Shown piece after piece: positions 53,901 through 63,464 of a DNA stretch of 64,000 nucleotides. The position numbers and the translations under genes were made by a program. Under the pieces are notes generated by a model, which saw nothing but the letters and a program-made list of their open reading frames with translations, was not told the DNA's origin and made no database searches. Positions within the stretch are counted from its first letter, which is position 1. Every line of letters starts with the position of its first letter. Source of the DNA: Savitreella phatthalungensis (Eukaryota); NCBI GenBank assembly GCA_051599415.1, contig AP039702.1, forward strand, positions 372,001 to 436,000, in the 5' to 3' direction.

Positions 53901-54729
53901 AATGGATCGTGTTCGGGACGCGATTTCCCCTTATGGGAAGGACAAGGACTTTCCTCGACTCATGTCCGAAAAAGAGCTTCCAGCAGCGTATCTTAAAGAC
54001 GACCATGCTGTACAACAAGATTACTTCGCTGATATCGGCACTGGTAAGCGCGAGCGAAAGGAGGCAGTCTACGACGACGGATTGACTGAAGAGCAGTGGC
54101 TCGCTGCAGTCGACGAAGGAGAGGATCCGCGGGAAGCAGCAAGCAAGCGACGCGCAGCGCGGCAAGCCAGGATGCAAGCTGCCGTCGATCCCGGAGAATC
54201 AGGTGCCACGAGCCCTGCCCCGTCCTCCATCGACACACCTGGACATAAAAAGCGCGGCCTTCACTCGCGACAGCTCAGCGTTGATCCGGAAAGCATTCCA
54301 CGCAAGCGTGCGAAGACATCAATCGCGTCTGCTGCTTCCGTGGCCTCGCCGGAGATTCAACGACGACTCGACGCACGCTTGAATGTCGCACTAGAGTTTA
54401 TCGCCACGCAGACGTCAGACGAGGGCGAGCACGCACTGTGCGACATCTTCAATTCCTTGCCATCGCGACGTGATTATCCAGACTACTATAAGCTCATCAA
54501 GACGCCGATATCACTTGGTCAAATTCGACGGCGCGTCAAGAAGTCAGAGTACGCTACTATGCGTTCTTTCAAGGCGGATATGGAACTCATGTACGCCAAC
54601 GCACGAACATACAATGAAGCGGGATCGTTTGTGGTCAAGGACGCTGACAAAATCGAACGCCTCGTGAACGAGAAACTCGCTAGCTCTGGTTCTGAGCTAG
54701 ACGAAAATGGCGAAGAGGACGAGGAATAG
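50902..54729 (+). CDS. SNF21: SWI/SNF or RSC chromatin-remodelling ATPase (Snf2/Sth1/Snf21 family)
   Basis: Probable start MSKPPML (ATG 50902). QLQ (QLELLKNQIMAFKYL), HSA, GILADEMGLGKT, DEGH, QDRAHRIGQ, SnAC (YDDGLTEEQW), C-terminal bromodomain (PDYYKLIKTPI...ARTYN). The exact paralogue is uncertain. Confidence 0.92.
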   Translation: MSKPPMLAGPMTKEKLQDIYRRYKQLAGQGERDETNVEMQQLGAILRRVQERQRHAHEARQQQQISTLAATSAAGANGVSTSTTHIAATNPVATAVAMPAQSGDPSVPPAALSTAQLELLKNQIMAFKYLSKNLPIPDHIQRKISGEIGKDIRPRAEDFAGAVSESELLHGADVMIPAITPSGVEIADLAERREQVIANRVAFRVHELESLPSNIDGFEFGRVRDELGDAKLRLLIELKSLKLLHRQKHLREQMLHSLSTFLSTAATHDRQKYRRVKAQSLKESRMTEQFARTQRLDRERREKQKQLDYLADVTSHSVTVRQESEAARAKSMRLGKQILAYHTYAEKEEQRRVERNTKLRLQALKADDEESYLKLIDQAKDTRITHLLKQTNSYLDSLAEAVKQQQGEGEALVESKIDDAESGPAGEKSEEAQDLDYFHIAHRIQEEIIEQPRILVGGQLKEYQLKGLQWMVSLYNNKLNGILADEMGLGKTIQTISLITFLIEKKKQDGPYLVIVPLSTLTNWTLEFEKWAPSVSKIVYKGTPGVRRQLANQVRSGNFQVLLTTFEYIIKDRPILSKLKWVHMIIDEGHRMKNANSKLSSTLVQYYSTRYRLILTGTPLQNNLPELWALLNFVLPKIFNSVKSFDEWFNTPFANTGGQDKMELSEEESLLVIRRLHKVLRPFLLRRLKKDVEKDLPDKVENVIKCPLSALQKKLYDQMKKHGMLFVGGGEDSKAGKSQGIRGLNNTLMQLRKICNHPFVFEEVERSLVPTGGNDDFLWRTSGKFELLDRVLPKFQRTGHRVLMFFQMTQIMNIMEDFLHYRGMTYLRLDGSTKADDRSALLKLYNAPDSDYFIFLLSTRAGGLGLNLQTADTVIIFDSDWNPHQDLQAQDRAHRIGQTQEVRILRLITEKSIEESILARAQYKLDIDGKVIQAGKFDNKSTAEEREAFLRSLLESDPATGDDDGANADGSENGDDEDDEFDIINEIIARNDDEVELFREMDRVRDAISPYGKDKDFPRLMSEKELPAAYLKDDHAVQQDYFADIGTGKRERKEAVYDDGLTEEQWLAAVDEGEDPREAASKRRAARQARMQAAVDPGESGATSPAPSSIDTPGHKKRGLHSRQLSVDPESIPRKRAKTSIASAASVASPEIQRRLDARLNVALEFIATQTSDEGEHALCDIFNSLPSRRDYPDYYKLIKTPISLGQIRRRVKKSEYATMRSFKADMELMYANARTYNEAGSFVVKDADKIERLVNEKLASSGSELDENGEEDEE

Positions 54730-54735
54730 CCGATG

Positions 54736-55704
54736 TCACGCGAGGGCTGCTTGCGCTTTCTCTAGGAACAGGTCCGGAAAGAGTTTCTCGATCTGTCGCA
54801 GATCATCGATCGTACTGTATCCCTTGCCTGCGTCATTCGCCCGAGTGCCTCCATTGAGCGGTCTCACTCCTCCATTTGTGCTTTCTGAACGGGACTGAGC
54901 AGCAGCTGCAGAAGCCGATGTTGGATCGTCGAGCGCGAGCATCTCCTTTACAGGTTCCTGAGCGTTGTCGTCAGTCGGCAAACACGCCGGCGAATAGTCC
55001 TCTGGCTTCATCTGCGCATGCGCCGGTTTATGAGGGGCTGGGAAGGACTGCTCATGAACGCCAGCACGGGAGACAGGCGCACCGACACCGCCCTCGACCT
55101 TTTTATCGTCGCCTTCATCGTAGAAGAGGACGTGCCGCCAGCCGACACGAACAGCGCCATCCACGTTCGACTTAGAATCGTCGACGAAGAGGCATCGGTA
55201 CGCATCTCGAGCCGGATCAAGACCAGCGTCGCGCATGACCTGATGATAGAATTCCGCGTAAGGCTTGCAGGCCATATGCGGGTCGTTGTAGTCGCAGTAT
55301 GTTATCCCTTCGAAAATGCCCTCGAGGTCGAGAAGTCGAAGAACCCTTTCGGCATGAGTGATATAAGCGTTCGTGAAGATCCAGAGCTTGCACTTCGAAC
55401 GATCGATCCTCAGAAGCAGCTCGCGCAATTGAGGATTAGGTTTTAAGAGGTCGTCAAGAGGCAAAGCGGCATCAACCTGCGCATTGTAGTCCATGGCATT
55501 TACCTTGTGATGTCGAACCAAGCCGCGCAGCGCGAGACCGTAGTGTCGATAGTAGAACGAATGGAGTTTCTGCGCCTCATCTGCGGGCAAATGAAGATTG
55601 TTTGCGAAGTATGCCTGGATGCGCTCACCCATCATCTGAGCAACACCCAGCGACGAAGAGTAAAGCGTGTTATCCAAGTCGAAGAAGAAGACTGGGCGAG
55701 ACAT
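54736..55704 (-). CDS. SDT1: Pyrimidine 5'-nucleotidase, HAD family (Sdt1/Phm8-like)
   Basis: Start MSRPVFFFDLDNTLY (DxD motif); YYRHYGLALRGL, FTNAY..HA, CKP, FVDDS..NV. Confidence 0.9.
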   Translation of the reverse strand: MSRPVFFFDLDNTLYSSSLGVAQMMGERIQAYFANNLHLPADEAQKLHSFYYRHYGLALRGLVRHHKVNAMDYNAQVDAALPLDDLLKPNPQLRELLLRIDRSKCKLWIFTNAYITHAERVLRLLDLEGIFEGITYCDYNDPHMACKPYAEFYHQVMRDAGLDPARDAYRCLFVDDSKSNVDGAVRVGWRHVLFYDEGDDKKVEGGVGAPVSRAGVHEQSFPAPHKPAHAQMKPEDYSPACLPTDDNAQEPVKEMLALDDPTSASAAAAQSRSESTNGGVRPLNGGTRANDAGKGYSTIDDLRQIEKLFPDLFLEKAQAALA

Positions 55705-55835
55705 GGTGCTCACAATTGCGCTTTTCGAATAGTGCAATGGCTCTTTATCGAAATGCGGTCATACCGATATTGGAATATCTTTTGGACGAGTACTATGTGG
55801 TACAATTTACGCATGACGTCGCATATGATTGACAC

Positions 55836-56576
55836 ATGACATTTGGCCGGTTCGTGACACAAAACATGGACAGGTTCCTGGAGGAACTGCCGCGAAAAGC
55901 TTATAAACTTGAGCGCGAACTCCACAAGCTGCTCGCGCTTCAGAAGTCATCGAAGAAGGCGTTCAAAAAGTCGCGAAAGTACAACAAAGATGCTGACATG
56001 TTTAAAGCGTTCCTGGCATTCCAAGCGCAGCAACAACAGCGTCAAATACATTTTGACAATCAACGTCTGCAAAGTCAGCCTCAAATTGATGGATCTGGCG
56101 GTCAGACCTATCAATACCAGCGTCCAGACGTGCCGGACAAGCTTTGCACTCGATGTGGCACGAATCACTGGTTTCATGGTCCAAAGGCCACTCCGTGCGT
56201 TGCCCCGATGTGTCTAGACTGTAACAGACGGCATTGGCAAAGTGGGCCGAGCAAGGAACAGTGTAATACAGAGCGCGCACTACCGTCATCTACAACGGCC
56301 CCAGAGAGCGCAATTATCGAACGCATTTACATCGATGCGACAGGGCGGCAGGTGATTGAGCGAACGATTCCCGCACAAGTGGCAGAAAACTGGCAAAGAG
56401 GCGTCAGCCAGCACCACGATGAGCGCGAAGGCTATTCTCCTACATCTCCGGGATTCGACAAAGGCCTTGATTGGCGGGCCAGTTTAGGTTCCGTGTCGCC
56501 TCACATTTTACCCAGGGCCGCTAGCATGAGCGCTACCGATCACGCACCTTCCCCCGAAACTCTAGCATACAGGTGA
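55836..56576 (+). CDS. Orphan protein with two tandem C-x2-C-x3-H-x9-C motifs
   Basis: 246 aa ORF with a basic helical N-terminus, a Gln-rich segment, then CTRCGTNHWFHGPKATPC and CLDCNRRHWQSGPSKEQC. Confidence 0.65.
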   Translation: MTFGRFVTQNMDRFLEELPRKAYKLERELHKLLALQKSSKKAFKKSRKYNKDADMFKAFLAFQAQQQQRQIHFDNQRLQSQPQIDGSGGQTYQYQRPDVPDKLCTRCGTNHWFHGPKATPCVAPMCLDCNRRHWQSGPSKEQCNTERALPSSTTAPESAIIERIYIDATGRQVIERTIPAQVAENWQRGVSQHHDEREGYSPTSPGFDKGLDWRASLGSVSPHILPRAASMSATDHAPSPETLAYR

Positions 56577-56884
56577 CACGAATTTGATGAATCTCTCCAG
56601 ACGCGGCTGCCCGAGTAGGAAATTGAAAATTGAAGCTACAGGCAAGTGAAACGTTAATAATTTTATAAAGAATCGCACAGCAAATGCAATATTGTCGCGA
56701 TTGGGTCGATTTTAGTATGTTCGCACCCGTGCATATCTGAAGTGCGTGCCATACTTTCAGTATGCTGCGCGCGAGGTCGATTATACCACAAGCGAGCCGT
56801 GCGGCAGGGAGATTGTCGTTATCTCTTAATCACACGCGGTGTCGGCCTCTCTGACCAGAGTACTGACGCTCAAAGCGATGTGCA

Positions 56885-59680
56885 ATGGCGGCTGACGTTT
56901 CGACGTGCAATGGGTGCCTGCGCACAATCGATGAAGGCTCGGTGGTCGCCTTCGGAGACCACATCTGGCACGTCGAGTGCTTCAGGTGCGCGAAATGTCA
57001 ATCGCTTGTAGACCACGACTCCAACTTGCTTCTCTTATCGGACGGCAATCCCATATGCGAGCGTTGCTCATATAACTGTCGAGTATGCAATCGAAAGATC
57101 GACAACCTGGCTATCATGACTGGCGATGAATCATACCACGCAGAATGTTTTCGGTGCAGGCTGTGTCAGAAGCGGATAGAAGATCTCGTATTTGCGAAGA
57201 CGAGTCAGGGCATCTACTGTATGGTATGTCATAACGAGCGGATCTCGAAAAGCAAGCGGAGCAGAACAGCGGGAAGCCGGGTTTCCAGCGTCGCACCTCA
57301 GCATGTCCGCGACAAAGAGCTGCCGCGAGCGCCTGTCAACAATGCGCAAAGAAACGGTGCGGCTCATGCAGAGCTCGCGCCTGCTTTTAACTCCATCGCA
57401 GCAGAAGCTGCGACCAGCGCCGCGACTCCGATCAGATTGAGCGGAGAATCGGCCAGCGGCCGTCGCCTGAGCCTGAGAGAGCGCCTGCGTCCGAGTCCGA
57501 TCGAGATCGCACCGCTGTCTACGGCAGCTTCCGCAGCGGCTTCCGAACCATCGTCTGCCATGTCTTTCGAAAGCTTCGTGCCGATCTTAGCTCCACCTGT
57601 GGACTCGGGTGATGCAGAGCTTGAGAATGCATTGGAGCCAGGCACGCCGCCCACCCCGCCAAGATCTGTCGAGCATCTGCGATTGCAGGCTTCTGAAGGT
57701 TTCGCTCCGGACATCGAGCCTAGGGCTGAAGAGAGCTTAGGACCGCCGCCGAATAGGCCCGCACCACAAACGCCAGGACCGAAGCCAATGGCTGCCACAG
57801 CAGCAACACAGACTCCATCGGCTGCAGCAACAGCGTCACAGACTCCATTGGCTGCCACGACAGCAACACAAACTCCTGTTCGACTGAGGCACCAGCAGAG
57901 CAAGTCGCTTGAGTCGCCATTCTCCCAAGTCATACCATCGCCTGGTAGTTTTCTCGACTTGGATCATGTTGCGCAGCACGAGACACCTGGTTCACTGACA
58001 TTAAGTCCTGCAGGTCAACACGGCTCGCTGCATCTTGAACGATCGGGCACAATATCTCGATTGGCTAGCAAAGTATTGCGCCATCGCAAAACCTCGTCCG
58101 GTGGGCCTGCGCCTCCCGGGTCTGCAGGAGCGACCTCGATCCTGTCCTCGTCGCGACGCAATTCGCATCGTCTCGGCAGTCAAGACTTGACCCGTGACGC
58201 TCTCGAGCACGAGCTCCAGGCCAAAACAGAGCGCATCGCTAACCTGGAGCAATCCGTGGACATGCAAAAACAAAACAGAGAACTCGAGCTGCAACTCGAT
58301 ACGCGTAAGCAGATGCTCGCAAACCTGGAAACACGTCTGACCGCTGCCCGTGCCGAGACAACCTCCATCTTACAGCACCGCCATCGCGCCTCTGATCTCT
58401 CTGTGTCATTAGTAGATTGGCAGGCGAGAGTGGTTCACGATCTCGATGCGTCGCTCAAGGTGGCCAAAGATCGCACGACGCGCGAGCTAGAGAAGCTTTT
58501 CAGACAAAGGGATGACTTGAGACGGGACTGTGATCTGCTCGCGAATGCCCGGGACACTTTGACTAATGAGGTCAATGATCTTGACCAGCGTCGGACGCAG
58601 CTCACCGGACTCAATGAGAGTGTAGTGCGCAGCATACAGGACGGCATGTCGTCCGGCGCTGCTCCGCGAGAGATCTCAAGCGACGCGGATCGAACTCCAA
58701 TCCAGCAGCAGCGCGAATTTGCTCCAGACCGACAGCTCATCGCACGCAATATTATGGAGCCGTCAACTGAGATGGTACAGAACGCGCCGATGCTCTCGCG
58801 ACAGGCATCGCAACGGACAAGCTCACCTGCACCGTCCGACAGCATTGACGACGTCGTGGTGCAGAAGAAGACCATTTGGGGAAAGAGCGGCGTAAAGAAG
58901 GCCTTCAGGTGGGGCAAAAGCGATACCAACGCTGGGACGAGCCTGCCTGTCAGCCGTAGTCAGGAGAGATTGAACAAGACAGGCGGTCTGTTTCAGCCTC
59001 TCAAACGTACTTGGCAGTCGCAGGGCGCCTTAAATTCCTATCTTGGCAGCGAGGAGACGCTCGAAGGGTCGCAAGACAGCCGCATTGCAACACCAGGCTG
59101 CACAACTGTTTTTGGAAACAGCTTGGTCTCCCAAGCGGCGATTGAAAATAGAGAGGTACCGGACATCGTGACAAGCTGTATCAGGGCGCTTGAGCTGGGT
59201 TGTCTCGAGTTTGAAGGACTTTACCGGAAGTCCGGTGGCACCGGAGCCATGCGTCTGCTCGTCGATGGGTTCGAGTCTGGGCAGATGCCTGATGCAGAGC
59301 GCCTCATGGCAGACCCGGCGGCGACAAGTTCCGTCCTCAAACAGTACCTACGCAAGCTTGCGCAACCATTGATACCGTACAGTTTCTACGAACCCGTCGT
59401 CCTGACTGCGGGTATTCAGGACGAGCATCATCGCCTTGCAGCTCTTCGTGACCTTTTGGAGGGGTTCCCGTCGGCACATCGGCAAACTCTTCTCGCCGTG
59501 CTACGGCACATGCTCCGCGTGACACAGTTCTCAGGACGCAACCTCATGACGCCGCGCAACTTGGCCGTCGTCCTTGCGCCCTCGATTATATGGGATCAGA
59601 CAGGGGCAAGAGAGATCGAGGACATGGCGGCAAAGACCCTCATAGTGCAATTCCTGATCGAGAGAGCAGATCGCCTCTAA
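56885..59680 (+). CDS. LIM-domain Rho GTPase-activating protein (Rga1/Rga2; S. pombe Rga3/4-like)
   Basis: Two N-terminal LIM domains (C..C...WHVECFRC..C; C..C...YHAECFRC..C), central coiled coil, C-terminal RhoGAP with EGLYRKSG arginine finger and NLMTPRNLAVV. Confidence 0.93.
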   Translation: MAADVSTCNGCLRTIDEGSVVAFGDHIWHVECFRCAKCQSLVDHDSNLLLLSDGNPICERCSYNCRVCNRKIDNLAIMTGDESYHAECFRCRLCQKRIEDLVFAKTSQGIYCMVCHNERISKSKRSRTAGSRVSSVAPQHVRDKELPRAPVNNAQRNGAAHAELAPAFNSIAAEAATSAATPIRLSGESASGRRLSLRERLRPSPIEIAPLSTAASAAASEPSSAMSFESFVPILAPPVDSGDAELENALEPGTPPTPPRSVEHLRLQASEGFAPDIEPRAEESLGPPPNRPAPQTPGPKPMAATAATQTPSAAATASQTPLAATTATQTPVRLRHQQSKSLESPFSQVIPSPGSFLDLDHVAQHETPGSLTLSPAGQHGSLHLERSGTISRLASKVLRHRKTSSGGPAPPGSAGATSILSSSRRNSHRLGSQDLTRDALEHELQAKTERIANLEQSVDMQKQNRELELQLDTRKQMLANLETRLTAARAETTSILQHRHRASDLSVSLVDWQARVVHDLDASLKVAKDRTTRELEKLFRQRDDLRRDCDLLANARDTLTNEVNDLDQRRTQLTGLNESVVRSIQDGMSSGAAPREISSDADRTPIQQQREFAPDRQLIARNIMEPSTEMVQNAPMLSRQASQRTSSPAPSDSIDDVVVQKKTIWGKSGVKKAFRWGKSDTNAGTSLPVSRSQERLNKTGGLFQPLKRTWQSQGALNSYLGSEETLEGSQDSRIATPGCTTVFGNSLVSQAAIENREVPDIVTSCIRALELGCLEFEGLYRKSGGTGAMRLLVDGFESGQMPDAERLMADPAATSSVLKQYLRKLAQPLIPYSFYEPVVLTAGIQDEHHRLAALRDLLEGFPSAHRQTLLAVLRHMLRVTQFSGRNLMTPRNLAVVLAPSIIWDQTGAREIEDMAAKTLIVQFLIERADRL
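57785..57874 (+). repeat. In-frame 30-bp minisatellite, 3 copies
   Basis: CCAATGGCTGCCACAGCAGCAACACAGACT / CCATCGGCTGCAGCAACAGCGTCACAGACT / CCATTGGCTGCCACGACAGCAACACAAACT, encoding PMAATAATQT / PSAAATASQT / PLAATTATQT. Confidence 0.9.
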
Positions 59681-59913
59681 GATTTTAATAGGTTTAACGA
59701 TGGCATAAAGCAGAGATCGAAGTGATGGATGGTCAAGAAGACGCCATTTGAATTCCGTCTTCGAGCATATGTTTCAAATTCACGTATCGATCATGCGCGT
59801 GCCTGCCTATACATTTACGTGCATGTGCCCTTATTTAGATGAAGCAGCCTCTTCAGTATGATTAAATTGAAGGTCAGAGGCGCGCGGTGCCTCGACGGCG
59901 TCATCCTCCTCCT

Positions 59914-62900
59914 ATGATGAACAGCAAGCCGCGCTTCAATGACAAAGCAAGAGCATCCGCGATCAACAAGGAGCGCAGGCTACGTGAAGCCAGGCGCCAT
60001 GGTCGACGCGACGGGCCATTTGAAGAACTGCCTTCGAAGAGACAGCGGAGACAGGAAAAATATGTCGAAAGCAAACTTCGACAAGACGAGAAAGTCAAAT
60101 ACCTGGGACTAATTGCTGCAGAGGCAAGTTCCGATGCGGCCTATGCGTCTTCAAAGGATTTGAAGAGGGCAGGTGCTCCTCTGCCCGAGGCTGTTTCTGG
60201 GCACCAGGAAGTCCGCTCGCCATCGCCACCGACCATCAGCTCGTATGATGATGAGGCTTCGGCCGTGCTGGACCCAGGGCGCTCGACCCCGTCAGCCATA
60301 GCTTTTGGATTCGTCGCAAAGTCGAACTCCAGATCGAGCACGCGCGGAAAGGCCAAATACACCTGGCGCGCGCTGTTGGAACGGAAGCGAGCAGGTCAGA
60401 CCGAACAGATTAACGACAATGACAACGACGATGACGATGACGATGATGACGATGATGACGATGATGACGATGATGACGATGATGACGATGGACAACTTGA
60501 TGGTGATGATAATGACAAAGACAACACGAGCCAGCGTTCGAGCATCACATCTGTTAATATTTATGATCCGAAGCTGCGGCATTCCTTGGGGGACTGCCTC
60601 GTGGGAAAGAACGTGCCTCGAGACGCCGCTGTAGATGCTTCTCGTGGTGTCGAGCTTCCTCAGTTAAGGCAACGTAGCTTGACACCTGAAAGAGAAGAGG
60701 CAGGAGACCTTCAAGCACCACGATTGACGCCAATGACCCTGGCGCGTGACGAGCGGCTTCTGGAGATGCGATCACAGCTACCTGCAGCCACTTGTGAGCA
60801 CGACATTCTGGAGAAAGTCAAAAAGCACAGCATAACGATTCTAACAGGTGCGACTGGCTCCGGAAAAACAACGCAAGTGCCTCAATTTCTCTTGGAAGCT
60901 GGGTTCAAAGGCATCGCAGTAACGCAGCCTCGCAGAGTCGCAGCGGTAGCCATGGCGCGTCGCGTTGCGGAGGAACTTGGCGGCCAAGGAGACAGCCTTG
61001 TAGCTCACCAGATACGATTCGACAAATCCGTCAAGGCGACAACGCAGATCAAGTTCATGACGGACGGCATTCTGCTGCGTGAGCTTAGCGTGGACCTGCT
61101 TCTTCCACTTTACGAAGTCGTCATTATCGACGAAGCGCACGAGCGCAGCATCAACACTGATATCCTGATTGGTCTCCTTTCGAGGGTCGTGAGACTACGC
61201 AAGGAGCGTGGCAATCCGCTGAGACTGATAGTCATGTCGGCAACTTTACGCGTGGCAGATTTCATTGACAACGTTCGATTGTTCGCCATGAAGCCGCCCG
61301 TGATTAATATCGAATCGCGTCAGTTTCCGGTCACTGTACATTTTTCCAAGCGGACCGTTTTTGGAGACTACGTCGACGAAGCTGCGGATAAAGCCGCAAG
61401 AATTCACCGTAAGCTGCCGCCCGGCGACATCCTCATATTTCTCACTTCTCAAGCTGAGATCGTGAGGTGCATGACCGTGCTGCGCCAGCGGCTCGGTCTG
61501 CAGGTCAAAAGTCCTGCTGTAGGAAACACGCAGATCCAGATCAGGTCAGACCTTGAGGCGATCGAGATAGAGGACGTCGATATTGACATCAGGCAAGATC
61601 TGCCCGAAACCGACTCGGAAGTCGATGACTTCGAGTCGAGCTCTGATGTGAGCGATGTTGAAGACGGGGAGCAGGCCTCTCATCCGACCAAGATAGAGCT
61701 CCTTCCGCTCTACTCCCTGCTACCTCCCAAAGAGCAGATGGCAATCTTTCGTCCCACAGAAGCGCACACCCGCCGAATTATCGTCTCGACGAATGTGGCG
61801 GAAACTTCGCTCACGATTCCTGGAATCCGATATGTTGTAGACTGCGGTCGCGCCAAATTTCGTCGCTTTGACGGGCAAATTCAGCGCTTCGAGGTGGACT
61901 GGGTCAGCAAGGCGTCGGCAGATCAGAGATCTGGCCGCGCAGGTCGCACTGGGCCCGGCCACGCGTATCGACTGTATTCCAGCGCTGTCTTCGACGCTCA
62001 ATTTCCAGTACATGCTCAGGCAGAAATTGAGACATCTCCTGTCGACGGCATTGTCCTCACGATGAAGGCCATGAACATTCACAATGTTGCGAACTTTCCA
62101 TTCCCCAGTCCTCCAGAAGCGTCCGCTCTCCGAGCCGCAGAGCGATCGCTCATGCTCCTGGGTGCTCTTGATACTGATGCCTGCGTCACCCAGCTCGGCC
62201 GACAAATGGCCTTACTGCCACTGTCCCCTCGCCATGCGAAAATGCTTGTGCTTGGCAACCAGCAGGGTCTTCTTCCGTTCGTCGTCGCCATTGTTGCAGC
62301 GCTCGGGGCTGCCGAGGAGCCGTTTGAGCGTTTTGATGCCGTCGTGGCTGCTGCAGGCGATGATACCGACAAAGAATCGCGGCGTATGCGCAGAAAGGAA
62401 TACTCGCGCGCCATGAAGCAGCTCTCATCAATCGATCAGGAGTGTGACGCGATGCGCCTTCTCGGAGCTGTCTGTGCCTTCGACTATGCAGAAGACCAAA
62501 GCGACTTCTGCCAGCGCCATTTCTTGCGACTAAAAGCTATGAAGGACATTCATCAACTCCGTATCCAGCTTTACAACATTCTCAGGTCATCTACGGCTTG
62601 TCGACTCCCGGTACCGACACCCGCGCAGCTGCGTCTGCAGCCACCAAACCCTACACAGGTCAAGCTTTTACGTCACTTGATCGCTGTGGCTCATCTCGAT
62701 CAGCTCGCCATTCGAACAGACACTTCGTCGGACATCTCGCGCACCCGATACATGACCCTGGACGGTGTGATGGCGCAAGTTCATTTGTCCTGCTTTGGCG
62801 TCATGGCGTGTGCGGAAGCTCCGGCCTTTCTCGTCTACTGGAAAGTTTCCACAACGGCTCGCTCTGCTGTTGACTCAGGATGCGAAGACTTTGCGCACGC

Positions 62901-63180
62901 CGAACAAAAGGCTGCGCGGCTACATGTTCTATGTAGCCTGGAGGCAAGCGAGGTCGCACCATTGACAGACGGCAGCAACTTGTCCATGATTCAGTATTCA
63001 AGACCGATTGCTATTCCTGCTCCTGAGACAAGGGATGACGCTGGTACTGCTCGACGGGAAGTTGTTGTGCGGCCGAGCATATCGTTGCCGGGTCGACGTC
63101 CGTGGGAGCTGCCTCCGAGAAAAATGAGACAATTGCTCGGTAAAGATGGACAGTGGCGCATGGACACAGAGGGTCGTTAG
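59914..63180 (+). CDS. DHR1: DEAH-box RNA helicase Dhr1/Ecm16 (SSU processome)
   Basis: Probable start MMNSKPRFN..AR (ATG 59914); GATGSGKTTQVPQFLLEAG, DEAHERSINTDILIG, MSATLRV, STNVAETSLTIPG, SKASADQRSGRAGRTGPGHAYRLYSSAVF. Confidence 0.9.
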   Translation: MMNSKPRFNDKARASAINKERRLREARRHGRRDGPFEELPSKRQRRQEKYVESKLRQDEKVKYLGLIAAEASSDAAYASSKDLKRAGAPLPEAVSGHQEVRSPSPPTISSYDDEASAVLDPGRSTPSAIAFGFVAKSNSRSSTRGKAKYTWRALLERKRAGQTEQINDNDNDDDDDDDDDDDDDDDDDDDDDGQLDGDDNDKDNTSQRSSITSVNIYDPKLRHSLGDCLVGKNVPRDAAVDASRGVELPQLRQRSLTPEREEAGDLQAPRLTPMTLARDERLLEMRSQLPAATCEHDILEKVKKHSITILTGATGSGKTTQVPQFLLEAGFKGIAVTQPRRVAAVAMARRVAEELGGQGDSLVAHQIRFDKSVKATTQIKFMTDGILLRELSVDLLLPLYEVVIIDEAHERSINTDILIGLLSRVVRLRKERGNPLRLIVMSATLRVADFIDNVRLFAMKPPVINIESRQFPVTVHFSKRTVFGDYVDEAADKAARIHRKLPPGDILIFLTSQAEIVRCMTVLRQRLGLQVKSPAVGNTQIQIRSDLEAIEIEDVDIDIRQDLPETDSEVDDFESSSDVSDVEDGEQASHPTKIELLPLYSLLPPKEQMAIFRPTEAHTRRIIVSTNVAETSLTIPGIRYVVDCGRAKFRRFDGQIQRFEVDWVSKASADQRSGRAGRTGPGHAYRLYSSAVFDAQFPVHAQAEIETSPVDGIVLTMKAMNIHNVANFPFPSPPEASALRAAERSLMLLGALDTDACVTQLGRQMALLPLSPRHAKMLVLGNQQGLLPFVVAIVAALGAAEEPFERFDAVVAAAGDDTDKESRRMRRKEYSRAMKQLSSIDQECDAMRLLGAVCAFDYAEDQSDFCQRHFLRLKAMKDIHQLRIQLYNILRSSTACRLPVPTPAQLRLQPPNPTQVKLLRHLIAVAHLDQLAIRTDTSSDISRTRYMTLDGVMAQVHLSCFGVMACAEAPAFLVYWKVSTTARSAVDSGCEDFAHAEQKAARLHVLCSLEASEVAPLTDGSNLSMIQYSRPIAIPAPETRDDAGTARREVVVRPSISLPGRRPWELPPRKMRQLLGKDGQWRMDTEGR
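60427..60489 (+). repeat. (GAY)n microsatellite encoding 21 consecutive Asp
   Basis: GAC/GAT run containing a (GACGATGAT)x5 higher-order unit at 60439-60483, within DHR1. Confidence 0.92.
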
Positions 63181-63464
63181 ATTGGGGTGTATCTGGCCTC
63201 TGTCGCGCTTTCGCGAGATTTCCGGGTTTTCAGCGAATTTGCAATTAAATGTGCAATCTGGCCTGCCTGCGCCGGGTATTTCCAGTCTCGCATGTGAGAC
63301 TGTCTCGGTAAGCCCGAAACCGATCAATAAGGTCTTACTCGTCAATCTCATTTTAATGAGCGACGTCAAGACCATGATGTCTCGGTAGATTCTGGGTGGC
63401 ATGGGTACATAAGGCTTCGATGATTGCACGTCGTTCTTACGAAGAGATTCCATCAAGAACGACG

